A DNA stretch of 63,706 bases, filler included, from Choristocarpus tenellus KU-1152 (taxonomy: Eukaryota; Protista; Phaeophyceae): the NCBI GenBank assembly GCA_964200185.2. It is 10 parts of 10 records of this genome, joined end to end, with 100 filler letters (N's around TTAATTAATTAA, not from the genome) between each part and the next. Parts side by side here need not be neighbours in the genome. Positions count along the whole stretch, not along the records: positions 24,107 to 30,756 come from CAXNAD020007658.1; positions 30,857 to 36,037 come from CAXNAD020011596.1; positions 36,138 to 47,185 come from CAXNAD020002545.1; 7 more parts are not named here. One strand, given 5' to 3'. The notes under the pieces are model-generated. The model was not told where the DNA came from. It saw only the letters and a program-made list of their open reading frames with translations, and did not search any database. This document shows, piece after piece, positions 24,438 through 37,121 of the stretch (position 1 is its first letter; every line of letters starts with the position of its first letter). Made by a program: the position numbers and the translations under genes.

Positions 24438-27143
24438 GGTATATTTTTAGCGTTGTTCATCAAAACCCAAATCTGAACACAAAACTAACCCCCCCAAAAA
24501 ACGTAATATATTTTTAGCGTTGCTAAACCATAAACCCAACCCTGGATACAACACCAACCCAAAATAAGAACAGAGTATTTTCTGCGTTGTTCATGATAAC
24601 GCAATGACAACAGACCATAACCGCCAACCCTTTTTTCAAAATATTGAAAATCCGAAACATGCAAGCAAATACCCCAAAATTGCCATTTTAAAAAAAGGGC
24701 ACAAAACTGACGCCCGACTCACCCCCCAAAAAATATTTTGACCTATTGCATACACTGAAAAACATACTTTTTTACAGGAGACAGTTCTCTATGTGGCAGT
24801 TTAGCAAACGCCTGTATGGACTTCGGGTATAATATTCGAACATTGATTTGGCTGGTTGATTATCGTTTGCCTTTTCTGCCGTTACTTTGCTATTTGTTCA
24901 TGAAGAGTGTCAGTGGAATGTTTATGATTCAAAACAACTTTAAAGAAATATTATAGTTAAGAGATACAGAAACATTGTGACTGCCCATCAAGGTGCTGTC
25001 TACCGCTGCAGTGCACATGACCACCCTCTCTTCTCTGGAACACAAACTTCTTCGCACTTATTTTGCTAACCCAATCCCCAACCCCTAGTTTGTGTGTGAA
25101 TAATACCCTAAACCAGTAAAGGAACATCCTAAAAAAGTGTTTCACACTGTGGTGCAGTAGTACATTTAAGTGTTCGATTAGAGTCTTCCAACTCTATCGA
25201 ACAGATAACAGTTGTGGATCAATGTGATTGACTGACTGCTGTCTTAGTAGGATGCTCACTAATGAAGGGACAGTGGTGCAATGATCATCATCGGCAAATC
25301 ATTGGTGCCAACAATCAAGGTTGCATAGAGATTAATCAGGGAAGATAGATATTGTCAGGCGCGTAGCACTGTACGTGTGAGCCACATCAATATTGCTCAG
25401 ACAATACATAATTGACGTACCATGCCTGGTCCCATAATCTCTTCACCATAAAGTACAATTAGTCAACGCCTCATCTGCCAAACAGATGTAGTCCAAGGGG
25501 CAAATTGTTTCCAATTTGTGGGGATCCTTGACTGCTATTTCCACTGTGTGTTTTGTTGCCATCTGTCCCACAAAGGATCATGCCCAATGCCGTGATGTAA
25601 GTGATGTCAGGCGTGCTGGGCAATACTTTCCATGGGTCAGAAGGAAAATCCATGAAGTAAAAGTTCCTACCCCTATGTGTCCACATCGATTGAACATCGC
25701 CCTCAACTTGTACATTCCAAGTGGCAAGACGTTGGTCGTAAAAGCAGAATAAAATATTATGTCAGGACCGTTGCCCATACAAACTTTCTAGCGCGTGTTT
25801 TGAGGGACGTCAACGTGCTATAGGAAGAGGGGCAAACAGAGCAGTGCAATTCTAAAAACAAACATCGTTCGCCAAGAGTACGGACCATAAACCAAGTCAA
25901 ATATCCCTGAGGAGAAATCGTCTATACCCCATGTGAGAGACTGCGTGTAAGGAAACTCGGACGATGCCCGAGGATGGTGGATATTAAGAATCTTGTAGAA
26001 TGTTGAATTGATACCGTAGATCCCTGTCGTGTGATAAGGTGTATATAATGGAAATTATACAAGTTTGGATCCAGAATATTGTGGATGAAAAAAACGCGCG
26101 CAAGTTTTACCAAACTGGAGTTCTTTCATCTACAATAATTAATCTTGATCATTCTGAAGTAAAGAATGATTATGAGAGACCTCTCTTACCTCAAATATTT
26201 ATCGCATTGATATATTATCATATTATAATAACATTTCACAGACATCTATTACCTCAAATATCTATATCTATCGTATTGTTTTATTGTTCCGCATTATTTA
26301 TCATATTATGATCACTTTTTACAATGTGGAGATATCCTGATGTAATAGAAAACGAGAAATATATAGGAGAGTGTTTGAGACATCATTACTTAAATGTGAA
26401 GGGAGAAATGCGAAAGAAAAGACGACGGTATTTCTTTGGTAGTATAGTTGAGGGTTGGGTTAGTTGAGTGTTCCCATTGTGAAGAAATATTTCGATGGAT
26501 TTTTTATTCGTTGTCCTGCACCTCACAGCGAGGGAGAGGAAGTGTCCATCTCCCACATCATTCACTACTCAAGGAATCAAGAGAAGTGGTGGTCCCGCTA
26601 TACTCTTGGCATCGAGTGGTGGTGTGGGTGTAATACTCGTGTGACGCAGAAGTTCGAGGTGAGTGGATGATGTGTTCGCGCAAATGAGCTTGTTGAAGTT
26701 ATGTGGCATATTGTGATGTTACGAGTGGTACTTGTCTTGTGATGGGCGACTACACACTGCGCCCCAAACAGCTACAATGAATGACTGGGGATACTTAAGA
26801 AGGAGAGCGCGCTAAATTGCTTGGTTAATGAATGAGATCAGTTAAATCATGAATACCTCTACTCTCGAAGGTATATGCCCATTGTTTGCTGATTAAGAAT
26901 ACGGGCGGGTGAGGGCAAAATTGTCTCCGACTTCCACTCGTCGTTAACTTGTGTCATCCCCTCTCAGAAGACGGCAAGATCTCGAAACACCACTTATCGT
27001 ATTCCTGTTCATTATTGCCAATGAAGTACCCTGAAAACGCGCATGTATCAGAATTTCGGGATCCCTCACTCCAACAATTGAACAATGATTGTTACCCACA
27101 ACAACAGAGCATCAACAAGAACCAAGGCAGGGTCCAATTGGCG

Positions 27144-30100
27144 ATGAAAGTCTCTCTGGGATTCATCCTCCTGGTGTTCTTTGCTCTGGTACTCTGTGTA
27201 TCCAGTCGAGCTAATAAGAGCAGCAGATATGGCAACATCCCATCTGCAGGCTTTGATAGTGTACAGCTAATCTCCGATGAGGCAGTCGACAGTGATGTTA
27301 GGTCAAGCTTTGAGAATGACAACCTAGCAACAGGTGAAGGGCGAAGCGGAAAATAAGGGGAGTATATCGGGAATGGGGTTAGCCTATATTAATCATGGAA
27401 TAGCTCAACAGGTGGTGAATAATAGACATTTCCATTGGGAAAAGATCTTGAGAGCGTTGGATTTCTAACTAATGGCATACTCCGATTATATAAACATCGC
27501 TATTTACTCTAAAATTGTTGAGCAGTGTATGGTGCTTGCATTTCTTCGATTGGAGTTACAGTTTCGGATCGGTTGTCAAATCGTCCATTAAAGATCGAAC
27601 CATTCAGTCGAGAGTGCATCAGAGATCACAAACACATTCGACCAGTTGCTCATGTTTTGCCAAAGAAGATCAGTTGACTCCACATCTATGCCTCCCCCCC
27701 CCAATATAATTGTTACTACAAGTGACACGAGTCGACATTGGGACTTTGGACTGTGATTCTCTTCGACTTGCGGAAAGTGCCTCAGAGCTGCAGTTCACCA
27801 TCAGCTCCACAGAGGTAAGCAAATGGGTGGAGTATTCTATGTATAGTACATTGCGACAGCTCAGAAATCCTGGACCTAATATGCTTGACCTTTTCTTATT
27901 GTAACGGTTCGAACATAGTATGTTTCCTCGTGTGTTTCACCCAAACAAGTACAACACTGAGTACTCTGGAGTAAGCTTTTGCTTTTTGCGATAAAAAAAC
28001 AATTTCGATACACAGTCAGCGTCATACTTCACGACTCACGATATAACTGCATGTCGTTGCTTGCTACAATAAGTGAGATGTGTTGCAATGTGGTCGACGA
28101 CTATATCTTCAGTATTTTGTGACATCTTTCACTCTCCTCGGAAAATATATTTTTTTCCATCTGTGTTCCTTTATACCAAGTAGAAAGTTGTCCCCTGATG
28201 ATCACGTTTGTGTGCTTCTGTTAGTTGAGCCGTACATTTTGTACCTCGAAAAGTTGTCTAAATACAGCTGTATATGCACCCTTTTCCAGACCAAAGTAAT
28301 CAATTGAGCAACATGAGCATTTAGAGTAGTATTCGAAACGCTTGAGGTATATCCTGGCTTTAATATTTAATAACTCTTTACCCCTACGTTCTACTGACAA
28401 GAGTAAGACACATACAACAGCTTTTCAAGTTGTACAAATGGTCTACCCCTCACCTAGCTTGCATACACTTCCTAAAAGAAATATCATATGTGTCAAATCA
28501 CCGTTACATCTCAGGGTTAGGGTTGTGTCAGATTTTCGTGAAAATATCTGCTGTATCATATTTGTATACAGAGACAGATGGAGACTCACGTTTCTTTTTC
28601 CTGCTTCCCTCCCCCTGATATTTTTTTGTTTTACCAGGATGTCCTTGTTTTACAGGCATCCTTCGAGGTCCTCAGTGAAAATATATTCACAGATGGCAAA
28701 AGCCGCAAGGTGAGCCAACAAGATTTTGCAAAAACATTAGAAATGATATGCCAAAGTGGTATGATAATACGGGAAGATTTTCATGTATTTATTTGCTCCT
28801 GCAGCACATCATTTTGTACTCTAGTATCACTTGTTTTATTCCTTAATTTAGGGATCTAAACTCCATGTTCTATGGCATGTTCTTAGAACACGAAGGCATG
28901 TTGCTGACATAGTACGAAGCCAGTGGTAATTATTTTAGCTTTTCGTCCCATGCGATTGTAGCAGGCGTTCTACCTTGGTTAGAATGTTCTCTGGGGGAAA
29001 ATGAATGCAGGAACTCTTTTGAGTATTCAAAGCAGAATGAGGCATTACATACATGTTGTCAATAGACTAGTGGCAGTGTATCGTATTCCTTGGCCTTGAC
29101 ACCACCCTTTGATTCCTTGAACTGCCCCCACTTTTCCTTTTAACGTTTGAAACAATCAATCAATTCACCCTACCTCTCTCCTGTACTTTGTACTGCAACT
29201 GCTGGTCTAAGATGGTGTCAATTTACAATTTTCTGACTCGTAGACGCTACATTTGGGAAATTTGCAGACACAGCTTAGAGTGAGCACATTTCAGCTACAG
29301 CTTAGAGCGAGCACAATCCTCTTTTTTTCTGACATAATCATGTCTCCTCAAAATACTGATATCAGGTTTGGATGGGTACTATCGTCAACACGACAGCTGA
29401 AAACATCACCACTTACCCTCGTATGTTCTCCATGACCTGGACTGATGACTGTGATGTTGAGGTAAGACTAGTGGAACAGATGCAATGCTATTCAAGCATG
29501 TTGTAATGGTTGCCAGACTAGACTGTGATGGTTTACAATAGTATCAATATCTTCCAGGTAATAAAGCTATTTACCTGGTGAGTCCAAAGGGGTGGTCATC
29601 CATTGATATGACCTGACTTTCAGGTCTCACGCCTTGTGATTCCTAAGGTTGAGTTCAGTCCAAGGCTGATGTTGGTTAGTGCTTGCATTGTAAAGAACAC
29701 CCATGCACTCATGCATGCACCCATGTACTCACACGTCTTCACTGTGTATCCTGTCCTGGTGTCCCTCTGGCTTTTATCCAGACTTTCCTTCTCAAAATAA
29801 TCACACCAACCTCAGCCGGCTACACAAGCATTATCAAATCTGTTCCTTGTGCAGCTGGGGGTGACAAGGACATCTGCATCATTGAGGTGGGCTGAGTGTC
29901 ATTCCGATATCGCCCACTGCCAGCCCCCAAAGAGCTGGATCTTCGCCCTATTCAGTTGATTCCAATCACCAAAGTTTACAGTTAGGGCTCTTAAATAAAG
30001 GTGGTAAAATCAATTCTCAGCGTTTGAAAATCGCGCTCTGCACTATCGACAAGGCAGTTTAACTAGCGCGACTCATATTTTAGGGAATCTATTGGTCCCT

Positions 30101-30494
30101 TTCCCACCATTACAATCGCTGGTGCAGGTGTAGTAGATTTCATCTCAGTTCATATGTAAGCCGCCACGTTAGTTCACAATATTCTTGTTGGTGCAGTTAT
30201 TGTTAAAAAATAGATTCAATGCTGATTTCACTATATATTGATCTCTCAAGAATTGAGCATGCGCTGTCAATGGATCCAAAACAGATTCACCGTGAGTATG
30301 AAAATGAGGATGATGGGTCCTTGATGATGGTTCATGGTGAAGGCACCTTCCGACGTCGACTGCGAGGAAACCGCCGTCAGTCAAAGCTTGAGTCAATGCA
30401 CAGACTTCACATAGAAGCAACAGTCGGAATGGAGATGGCCAGGAAGGAAGATCCTGACCTTGCTGCCAAGGACGAAGATATTAGACTTCTCAAG
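27144..30494 (+). CDS. Secreted protein of unknown function, N-terminal part (gene continues past the contig end)
   Basis: Signal peptide MKVSLGFILLVFFALVLCVSS. Phase-consistent exons 27144-27333, 27723-27814, 28656-28709, 29366-29461, 29782-29886 and 30285-30494 splice without stops. Contains RRRLR, a possible propeptide cleavage site. Confidence 0.75.
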
Positions 30495-30516
30495 GTAAGG
30501 CTGTCATCTTGTTTCT

Positions 30517-30756
30517 GAGCCAAAGTACCTTAGAGGGTAGAGCCAAAGTACCTTAGAGGGTAGAGCCGCGTCCATTTGGGGGCCAAAATCTAATGTTGTG
30601 ATTTTGATATAATTTTGCCCATTGTGTTTGTTAGGAAGTGCCAATATCCATGTTCTGGACACACCTTTTTGTAACGTATACATTTTACCTACTCCGAAAC
30701 ATTTTGGAGTAGGAAAATGTCATTAAAATACCTATGGGAAGCCAAGCCCCAAATGG
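30517..30756 (+). mobile_element. MITE, family A, with tandemly duplicated TIR; truncated by the contig end
   Basis: (GAGCCAAAGTACCTTAGAGGGTA)x2 followed by an interior homologous to 34492-34745. Confidence 0.85.
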
Positions 30757-31106
30757 NNNNNNNNNNNNNNNNNNNNNNNNNNNNNNNNNNNNNNNNNNNN
30801 TTAATTAATTAANNNNNNNNNNNNNNNNNNNNNNNNNNNNNNNNNNNNNNNNNNNNCCCCAAATGGACAGCCGCCACCCCCTCCAAGATACTTTGATCCT
30901 GGATTGTTTTGCTATTTAACTAAATTTTTTTGAGGTCCGATCCTCTCAAACTTGAGACACTATTCTACACTTGTTTGAGTACTCCTACCTCATTTTTTAA
31001 CTTTAGAGATGTAGAAAGGATATGAGTAACATATAGTTTGTCTCAACATGCACATTTTTGGTTACAGAGAAAAATTAACATTGCACTTTTTTACATCTGA
31101 ATACAG

Positions 31107-34100
31107 CTGTATGAGACAACACTGGTTCGCCATGGCATAATGCTTGTGGGTCCTACTGGGGGTGGTAAGACCAAGATCTTCAAGTGTTTACGTATGGCCC
31201 TAGACAAGACAATGGGTATCACCCACAAGGACTCACGCTTCAACCCAAAGGCTATTCGAGCTCAAGAGATGTATGGGGAGGTGGATCCTCTTTCCGGAGA
31301 ATGGAATACAGGTGAATATATAGAGAGAAACTGACTTCAATATATTTGCATCATCATCTGCTGTGATTTACTCTCCAAGCAAAGTGCTAGTGCAGTCAGT
31401 ATTAGTCACTACAAGCAGAATGCCAGGTCATCAAAAAATACATTTGTTGCATATCTCAGTACGCTGAATTCATCACATGGAATTTGGCTCATTTTGCAAA
31501 GCATTGAGGGTGCAATCGTATCAGGTCTAGGTAATGAAGCTTGGTCTTTACATAGTTCACTGTTGTGCAGCATGTAAAAAGCTGCACAAAGAGAGTCTAG
31601 TATTTCAAGAGACAACATAGGATCACACTTCTTGCTTGTAATTTCTACCCCCATATGCACCTAACATCAGGGAAAAGGCTACAACAGCTCAGTAAGGCCA
31701 CTGAAAAATCTCACCCCTCGCAATCCCCAACTACGTAGGGGTATTTGCTGCTATGTGGGCCAAGTACAACAATCGAGCAAATGCCTACAACACCTGGATC
31801 ATAGCGGATGGACCTGTGGATGCCATCTGGATTGAGGATCTGAATACTGTCCTTGACGACAATAAGATCCTCACGTTAGCAAACGGTGATCGAATGCCCA
31901 TGACAGACAATGTGAAGGCCATGTTTGAGGTTGAGACCCTTGTCAATGCATCCCCTGCCACTGTATCACGCGCTGGCATCATTTTTGTGTCTGACACGGA
32001 CCTTGACTGGTCCCCCGTCATGGAGGGGTGGGTACGCAAGAGACCAGCAGCTGAGCAAGACATCCTTCGTGACCTATTCCAGAAGTGGATGGGTGAGAGC
32101 GAGCCCACAAACCCAGGTCACTGCATGGACTACCTCAACCGAAATACGTCCCAGGCAAGACATATTTTTTCCCGCCCATATTGAGAGCATATCGCCTAGG
32201 AAGTTAAAACACTTTTCTCTACCAGTCACGCATGATCCACTAACTTCTACTCTTGGCCTGAACCAGTGAGATAGAGGGGAAAAGGAGTCTGATCTATTCT
32301 AAGTGCATACAACGAGTGCTGTGTTCTCAAGAATACCATATTAGGATACATTTCTTGTCTAGATGATGCCTTGCAGTTACGTGCTATAGATTGAGTATGT
32401 ATGACTGTGGGCTGCTAATTTTTACCTCAAGGCCTCGATCTATTGAAATTACTCACTTGGGTTGTTGCCACCATCGCTCCACTGTAGCAAAACTTGCTAG
32501 ACTAGGGACATTGGAATATTGCCACAGAAGTGGTTAGACAAAGATTGAGGAGAGAATGTTGAGTGCCCAGCAGGATGGGCTATGCAAAACTGAGAATATA
32601 CTCTGGGAAGTCCGGGGAAGAGTCTGGGATGTGGACGAACCAGCTGACTATTTATCCATATTTTCTCCTGCTTCGCTTTGGAATAAATATAAAAGTCTTG
32701 TCTAGTATTGTCGGTAATGCACGTCTGTAGTGGCTTGCGAAACTACTTCCTGCTTGGTCTTTTCCGTATCTAAATCTGCACTAGGTCTCTGATATTAGTG
32801 ATGGGCACTCTGACATTAGTAGCATAACTGTAGTAATGTGGATAAGGGAATGCTCGGCAAATTCGGAGACAATTTCTGAAAATTTGACCTACAGATTATT
32901 TCAGAAATTTGAGAACAAATGCAACTTAATTCTTCACTAATATGCATAAGATTCTTCAAAGTGTTATGCGTCAGACAATTGTTGATTTTGTCTTAGAGAC
33001 ACCAACCTGAACTCTATTTCTGCCACTATTTCTCACTCCCTGTGCATGACCACCTCTTCACAGGTGATGCCCGTCAGCCGCGTTGGTGTGGCATCTGGGC
33101 TGTGTGATCTCTTGACTGGTTTAACCTCAGGAGCTGGATCAGCAACTCTGGGGGGGGACCTTGCCTTGCAGTTGGAGAAGCTGTTCGTGTACTCTCTCAT
33201 CTGGTCTGTCGGTGGTCTCCTTGAGTTTGAGGACAGGTTAGAATGAGTAGGTCATTTCTGGAATAGTGTTGTCATCAGGCTAGATGGATGAGCACCAGAG
33301 TGGCATATATGACTCTATTCCCCTTTGTGCGTTATTATTCAAGGCTTTTGTTCGACACTTCGAAAAAACGCCTTGTTGCCACCTACTTATGTTCCCTCTC
33401 TACCTGCCTTCTTCCAATCTTATCTTCCCCGTACTTATCCTTATTTGATTTACATTAACATAGCATGGATTATCCAAGAATGCAATGCATTAACATGCTT
33501 CATGATGATGAACAGGGTGAGGTTTGACTCATGGCTACGCGACATTGACACCAACCATGTGATGCCTGAGGTGGAGGAGGGAGAAACCGTTTTTGAATAC
33601 TTTGTAAATGTCAGCACCTTCGAATGGGAAAAGTGAGAAAGAGTTACTGTGTGGAGTAAAAATAACTGTTAGAGAAGGGATCAAGTTAACCAGAGATATT
33701 TATACTAGCGCGAAGAGAGATGCGGATAGCCTGTGATATCTTTTGACTTGGTTGTCCATAGGACCCAAAACCAATAGATATGCTCACCCCCCTAAGAAAA
33801 GGTCATCCTCTACTTAACACCCTCAATGTAAATTTAAAGCAATATTGTTGACTTCACCTTCCCACGATCAAGCACCCTCATCTGAAATATTTGGTTTTTC
33901 ATGCTGTCAATGTCTGTTCTGAGAGAAAGAATGTTGCCGTTGCACTCCCAAAAGACCTCTTTTAACTTCACCTCAACACAGTTCTCCAATGGAAAACCAG
34001 CCTGCAAGACAGAGTTACTTCGAAATGTCAACAAGAGGTTCAATGAATTAGCTGTTCATACCTTTGATATCAACTTCCGTTGCCCCCATCCCCTATCTTC

Positions 34101-35912
34101 TCATCCTTTTCCACCCTGCCGGTGAACTTGAAATGTATCTCTTCGGGAAACAATAGATGGCGTCCACCACAGTGGGAGTATCCCAACACGGAAGTGCTAG
34201 ACTTTTCGAATCTCTTGGTGCCGACCATGGACTCTACTCGAGCTCTATTCCTTCTACGCATGCTCCACAAGCAACGCAGGGCAGTTCTTATGGTGGGAGC
34301 TGAAGGTACAGCCAAGACCTCAACAGCTCTCATGTTTTTCACGGAGCTTGATCCTGTTAAGACTGCTGTCAAGAGGTGTGTCCACAGTACGGTTCTGATC
34401 AAGGATACGGAGTAGCCCAAGGTACTCAAGTCACTATGTACTCCGGTGTATCAAGTATCAAGTACTCTACAGTAGGTTCTTTATATGCCATGAGCCAATG
34501 TATCTTAGAGGGTAGAGCCACGTCCATTTGGGGGTCAAAATACAATGTTGCGATTTTGACGTAATTTTGGCTGTTTGTTAGGAAGTGTCAATATCCATGT
34601 TCCGGATACACCTTTTCATAACATATTCACTGTACCTATTCCTAAGTATTTTGGAATAGGAAAATGTCATAAAAGGACCCATGGGAAGCCAAGCCCCAAA
34701 TGGACAAACAGGACAAAACTTGTACCCTCTAAGATACTTTCACTCCATGTACATGATCAGTTTTCCAAAGTGGCAGTATCCGGGTTTTGCATATCCTACG
34801 GTATATATTTGGACATTCTATAGGTGGAATAGCAGCCTTGGCCAAATTAACTGATCTTCTTCAATTTATCCTGCATCATGACTGTCCACGCCCATTCTTT
34901 CTTCTCAGGATCAATTTCTCAAGTGCCACAACTCCATTCATGTGTCAAAACTCCATTGAGGTGGAACTAGATAAGAGGGGAGGGAAGAATTTTGGTCCCC
35001 CAGGCGGGAAGAAAATGACAATCTTCATGGACGATGTGTCCATGCCTGAGGTATACTACTGCTTGCTTTTGGTCCAAAGTACTATTGTGGGGGAGTCAGG
35101 AGTCCATTCGAGGCCTTTATAATCTGAATCTTGCAGTGACTTTATATAATCTGAATGAACGTGTCTGATGTAAGGTCAATTTCTCTCATGTGAACGTGTC
35201 TGATGTAAGGTCAATTTCTCTCATCTGAACGTGTCTGATGTGAGGTCAATTTCTCTCATCTGAACGCACCTTAATTTTTTCCATATTCTTGCCTGCACCA
35301 AACCAAAGGAAAATCACCCGCAAAATGGGCATCAAACTGGGGTGTTCCAAACTGGGGTGTTTCACAACGCCCTAGCAAGTCACGAATAATGACCTGGGCT
35401 AAATCCCCCCCACCCACTAGGATACCATGGGCCCTTGCATGGCTTTGGCTGATCATGTCACCCCTTTTTGTGCTTCCCAAGTATGGATAAGGGTGCTGAT
35501 ACTCTGTTTTGGGGGAGCAAGGTTGAGTGCTACTTACATTCAGAGGATCCGTTGTTGTGAGGAGAAGGGTTGATTGAAGGGGATTATGACACCAAGGTCT
35601 ACGTTTTGAACCCAGCACTAGCGGTGGATGTTGTGAGGAGATGTTATATACCCAATTGCAACGAAATTGGTAGACCAATATATATATATATATTTTTAGT
35701 GTTCTCGGCATTTAGAAAACCAGGTTAATATTGTGGACTTTGTACTATATCAACCTATGAGCATCCTTATCGACGTTTCCTGACTGCTTGAAACTCAGAT
35801 TAACGCATGGGGTGACCAACCAACTCTGGAAATGGTGAGGCTTATTGTAGAATGGGGTGGCTTCTGCTTCCTTGATAAGGACAAGCGGGGCGATTTCAAG
35901 GTGTGTGAAGAG
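31107..35912 (+). CDS. Axonemal dynein heavy chain, outer-arm gamma/DNAH5-DNAH8 type, AAA2-AAA3 region, partial
   Basis: Exons 31107-31311, 31739-32154, 33064-33236, 33516-33632, 34157-34375, 34909-35050, 35799-~35912. Motifs VRHGIMLVGPTGGGKT, DGPVDAIWIEDLNTVLDDNKILTLANGDR, NASPATVSRAG, GAEGTAKT, INFSSATTP, DKRGGKNFGPPGGKKM..FMDD.SMP.IN.WGDQPTLE. Confidence 0.96.
34492..34745 (+). mobile_element. MITE, family A (254 bp), in a dynein intron
   Basis: TIRs GAGCCAATGTATCTTAGAGGGTA ... TACCCTCTAAGATACTTTCACTC. Perfect 3-bp TSD CAT at 34489-34491 and 34746-34748. Confidence 0.9.
35156..35266. repeat. Minisatellite, 35-bp unit x3
   Basis: TGAACGTGTCTGATGT(A/G)AGGTCAATTTCTCTCAT(G/C) at 35156, 35191 and 35226. 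Confidence 0.9.
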
Positions 35913-35970
35913 GTGGTGCAAGGTAACTGAGACGAAAAATTGATAAATTTGCGATCCTAACACACAATGT

Positions 35971-36037
35971 GGCTCAAAGTATCTGGGGGGGGAGGGGGGT
36001 TCTACACCAGGGTGTCCATTTGGGCCCTGACGACAAG
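35971..36037 (+). mobile_element. MITE family B terminus at a contig end
   Basis: GGCTCAAAGTATCTGGGGG..GTGTCCATTTGG matches the left end of 58444-58616. Similar termini at about 30857-30899, 36165-36190, 60766-60787 and 63680-63706. Confidence 0.7.
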
Positions 36038-37121
36038 NNNNNNNNNNNNNNNNNNNNNNNNNNNNNNNNNNNNNNNNNNNNTTAATTAATTAANNNNNNN
36101 NNNNNNNNNNNNNNNNNNNNNNNNNNNNNNNNNNNNNACTTTCTTTCCTTTTTCTTCGCCCTTCCGCCCCCTCCCAGATACTTCGAGATTTTTTTAATAT
36201 CTAGCTTGACAAATGATGACTGTTTTTTTTTTTAATAGTTGCTGGCTCATACTGTCTTGCAGAAAACATACATTTCTGAGAATCTATGGTAGGGCTTTCA
36301 ATCTATGAGTTAGGAAGAGGTATATATTTTTCTGTATAGACTATTATTATCTCAATAAATCAGAGAATAGACAGCAGTATATATAATGACAAGCAGTCTC
36401 CTAGAATTCGAAAATACTGAGACTCCTAGAGTATCGAGTGCTACGTGATATCTCAACCAAACATATGGGAATGTGTTTGATGCACAAGGGTGTGATCTAC
36501 ACCTTCCTTCACACCTGTTGCATTTTAGAGTACAGGCATAGTACTTCTTGTGTTTAGTGAGGATCTGTGCTGTGCATTTCCTCCATTGTCGTACAATTTT
36601 TTTCACGTTGCACAGTGGATGCAGAGACTAGTCGAGAGTGTTCATGCCTACAAGGTGAAAGATGTATCTGCAAGGGGTATGCCACATTACATCCATGCTA
36701 CAAGTTGCACTCAGTCCAACCTAAGCCTCATGCTTTTAGTTGAATGAAAATGGTCTAAACTTGGGAGCTTAGAATGGTAATTACTGGACTGATAACTAGG
36801 CGACTCATTATGGCAGGGGGTAGGCGATCCGGAAGGGGTGGGAGGGACATGGTGGGGGTTGTTATGGTGCCAGATGTAGTGTGGTGGTACTTTATTCTAA
36901 AAGGCCATGTAATGTGGAAGCTGGGACCGCATGACAATTGTGAACCAAGGCAACTGGGCTACAAGGCTTGCTGATGAAATAGTGGAAATGAGGTATTTTG
37001 GGACTGTTGTCAAAAATTGCAAAAGAGTGAGAGAAAAATGAGAAAGACCTCTCTGTCTATCTGACCTATCCTAACCTGCACTTTACAACCCCTCAATGGA
37101 CCAAATCGTCTTCATTCTCAG

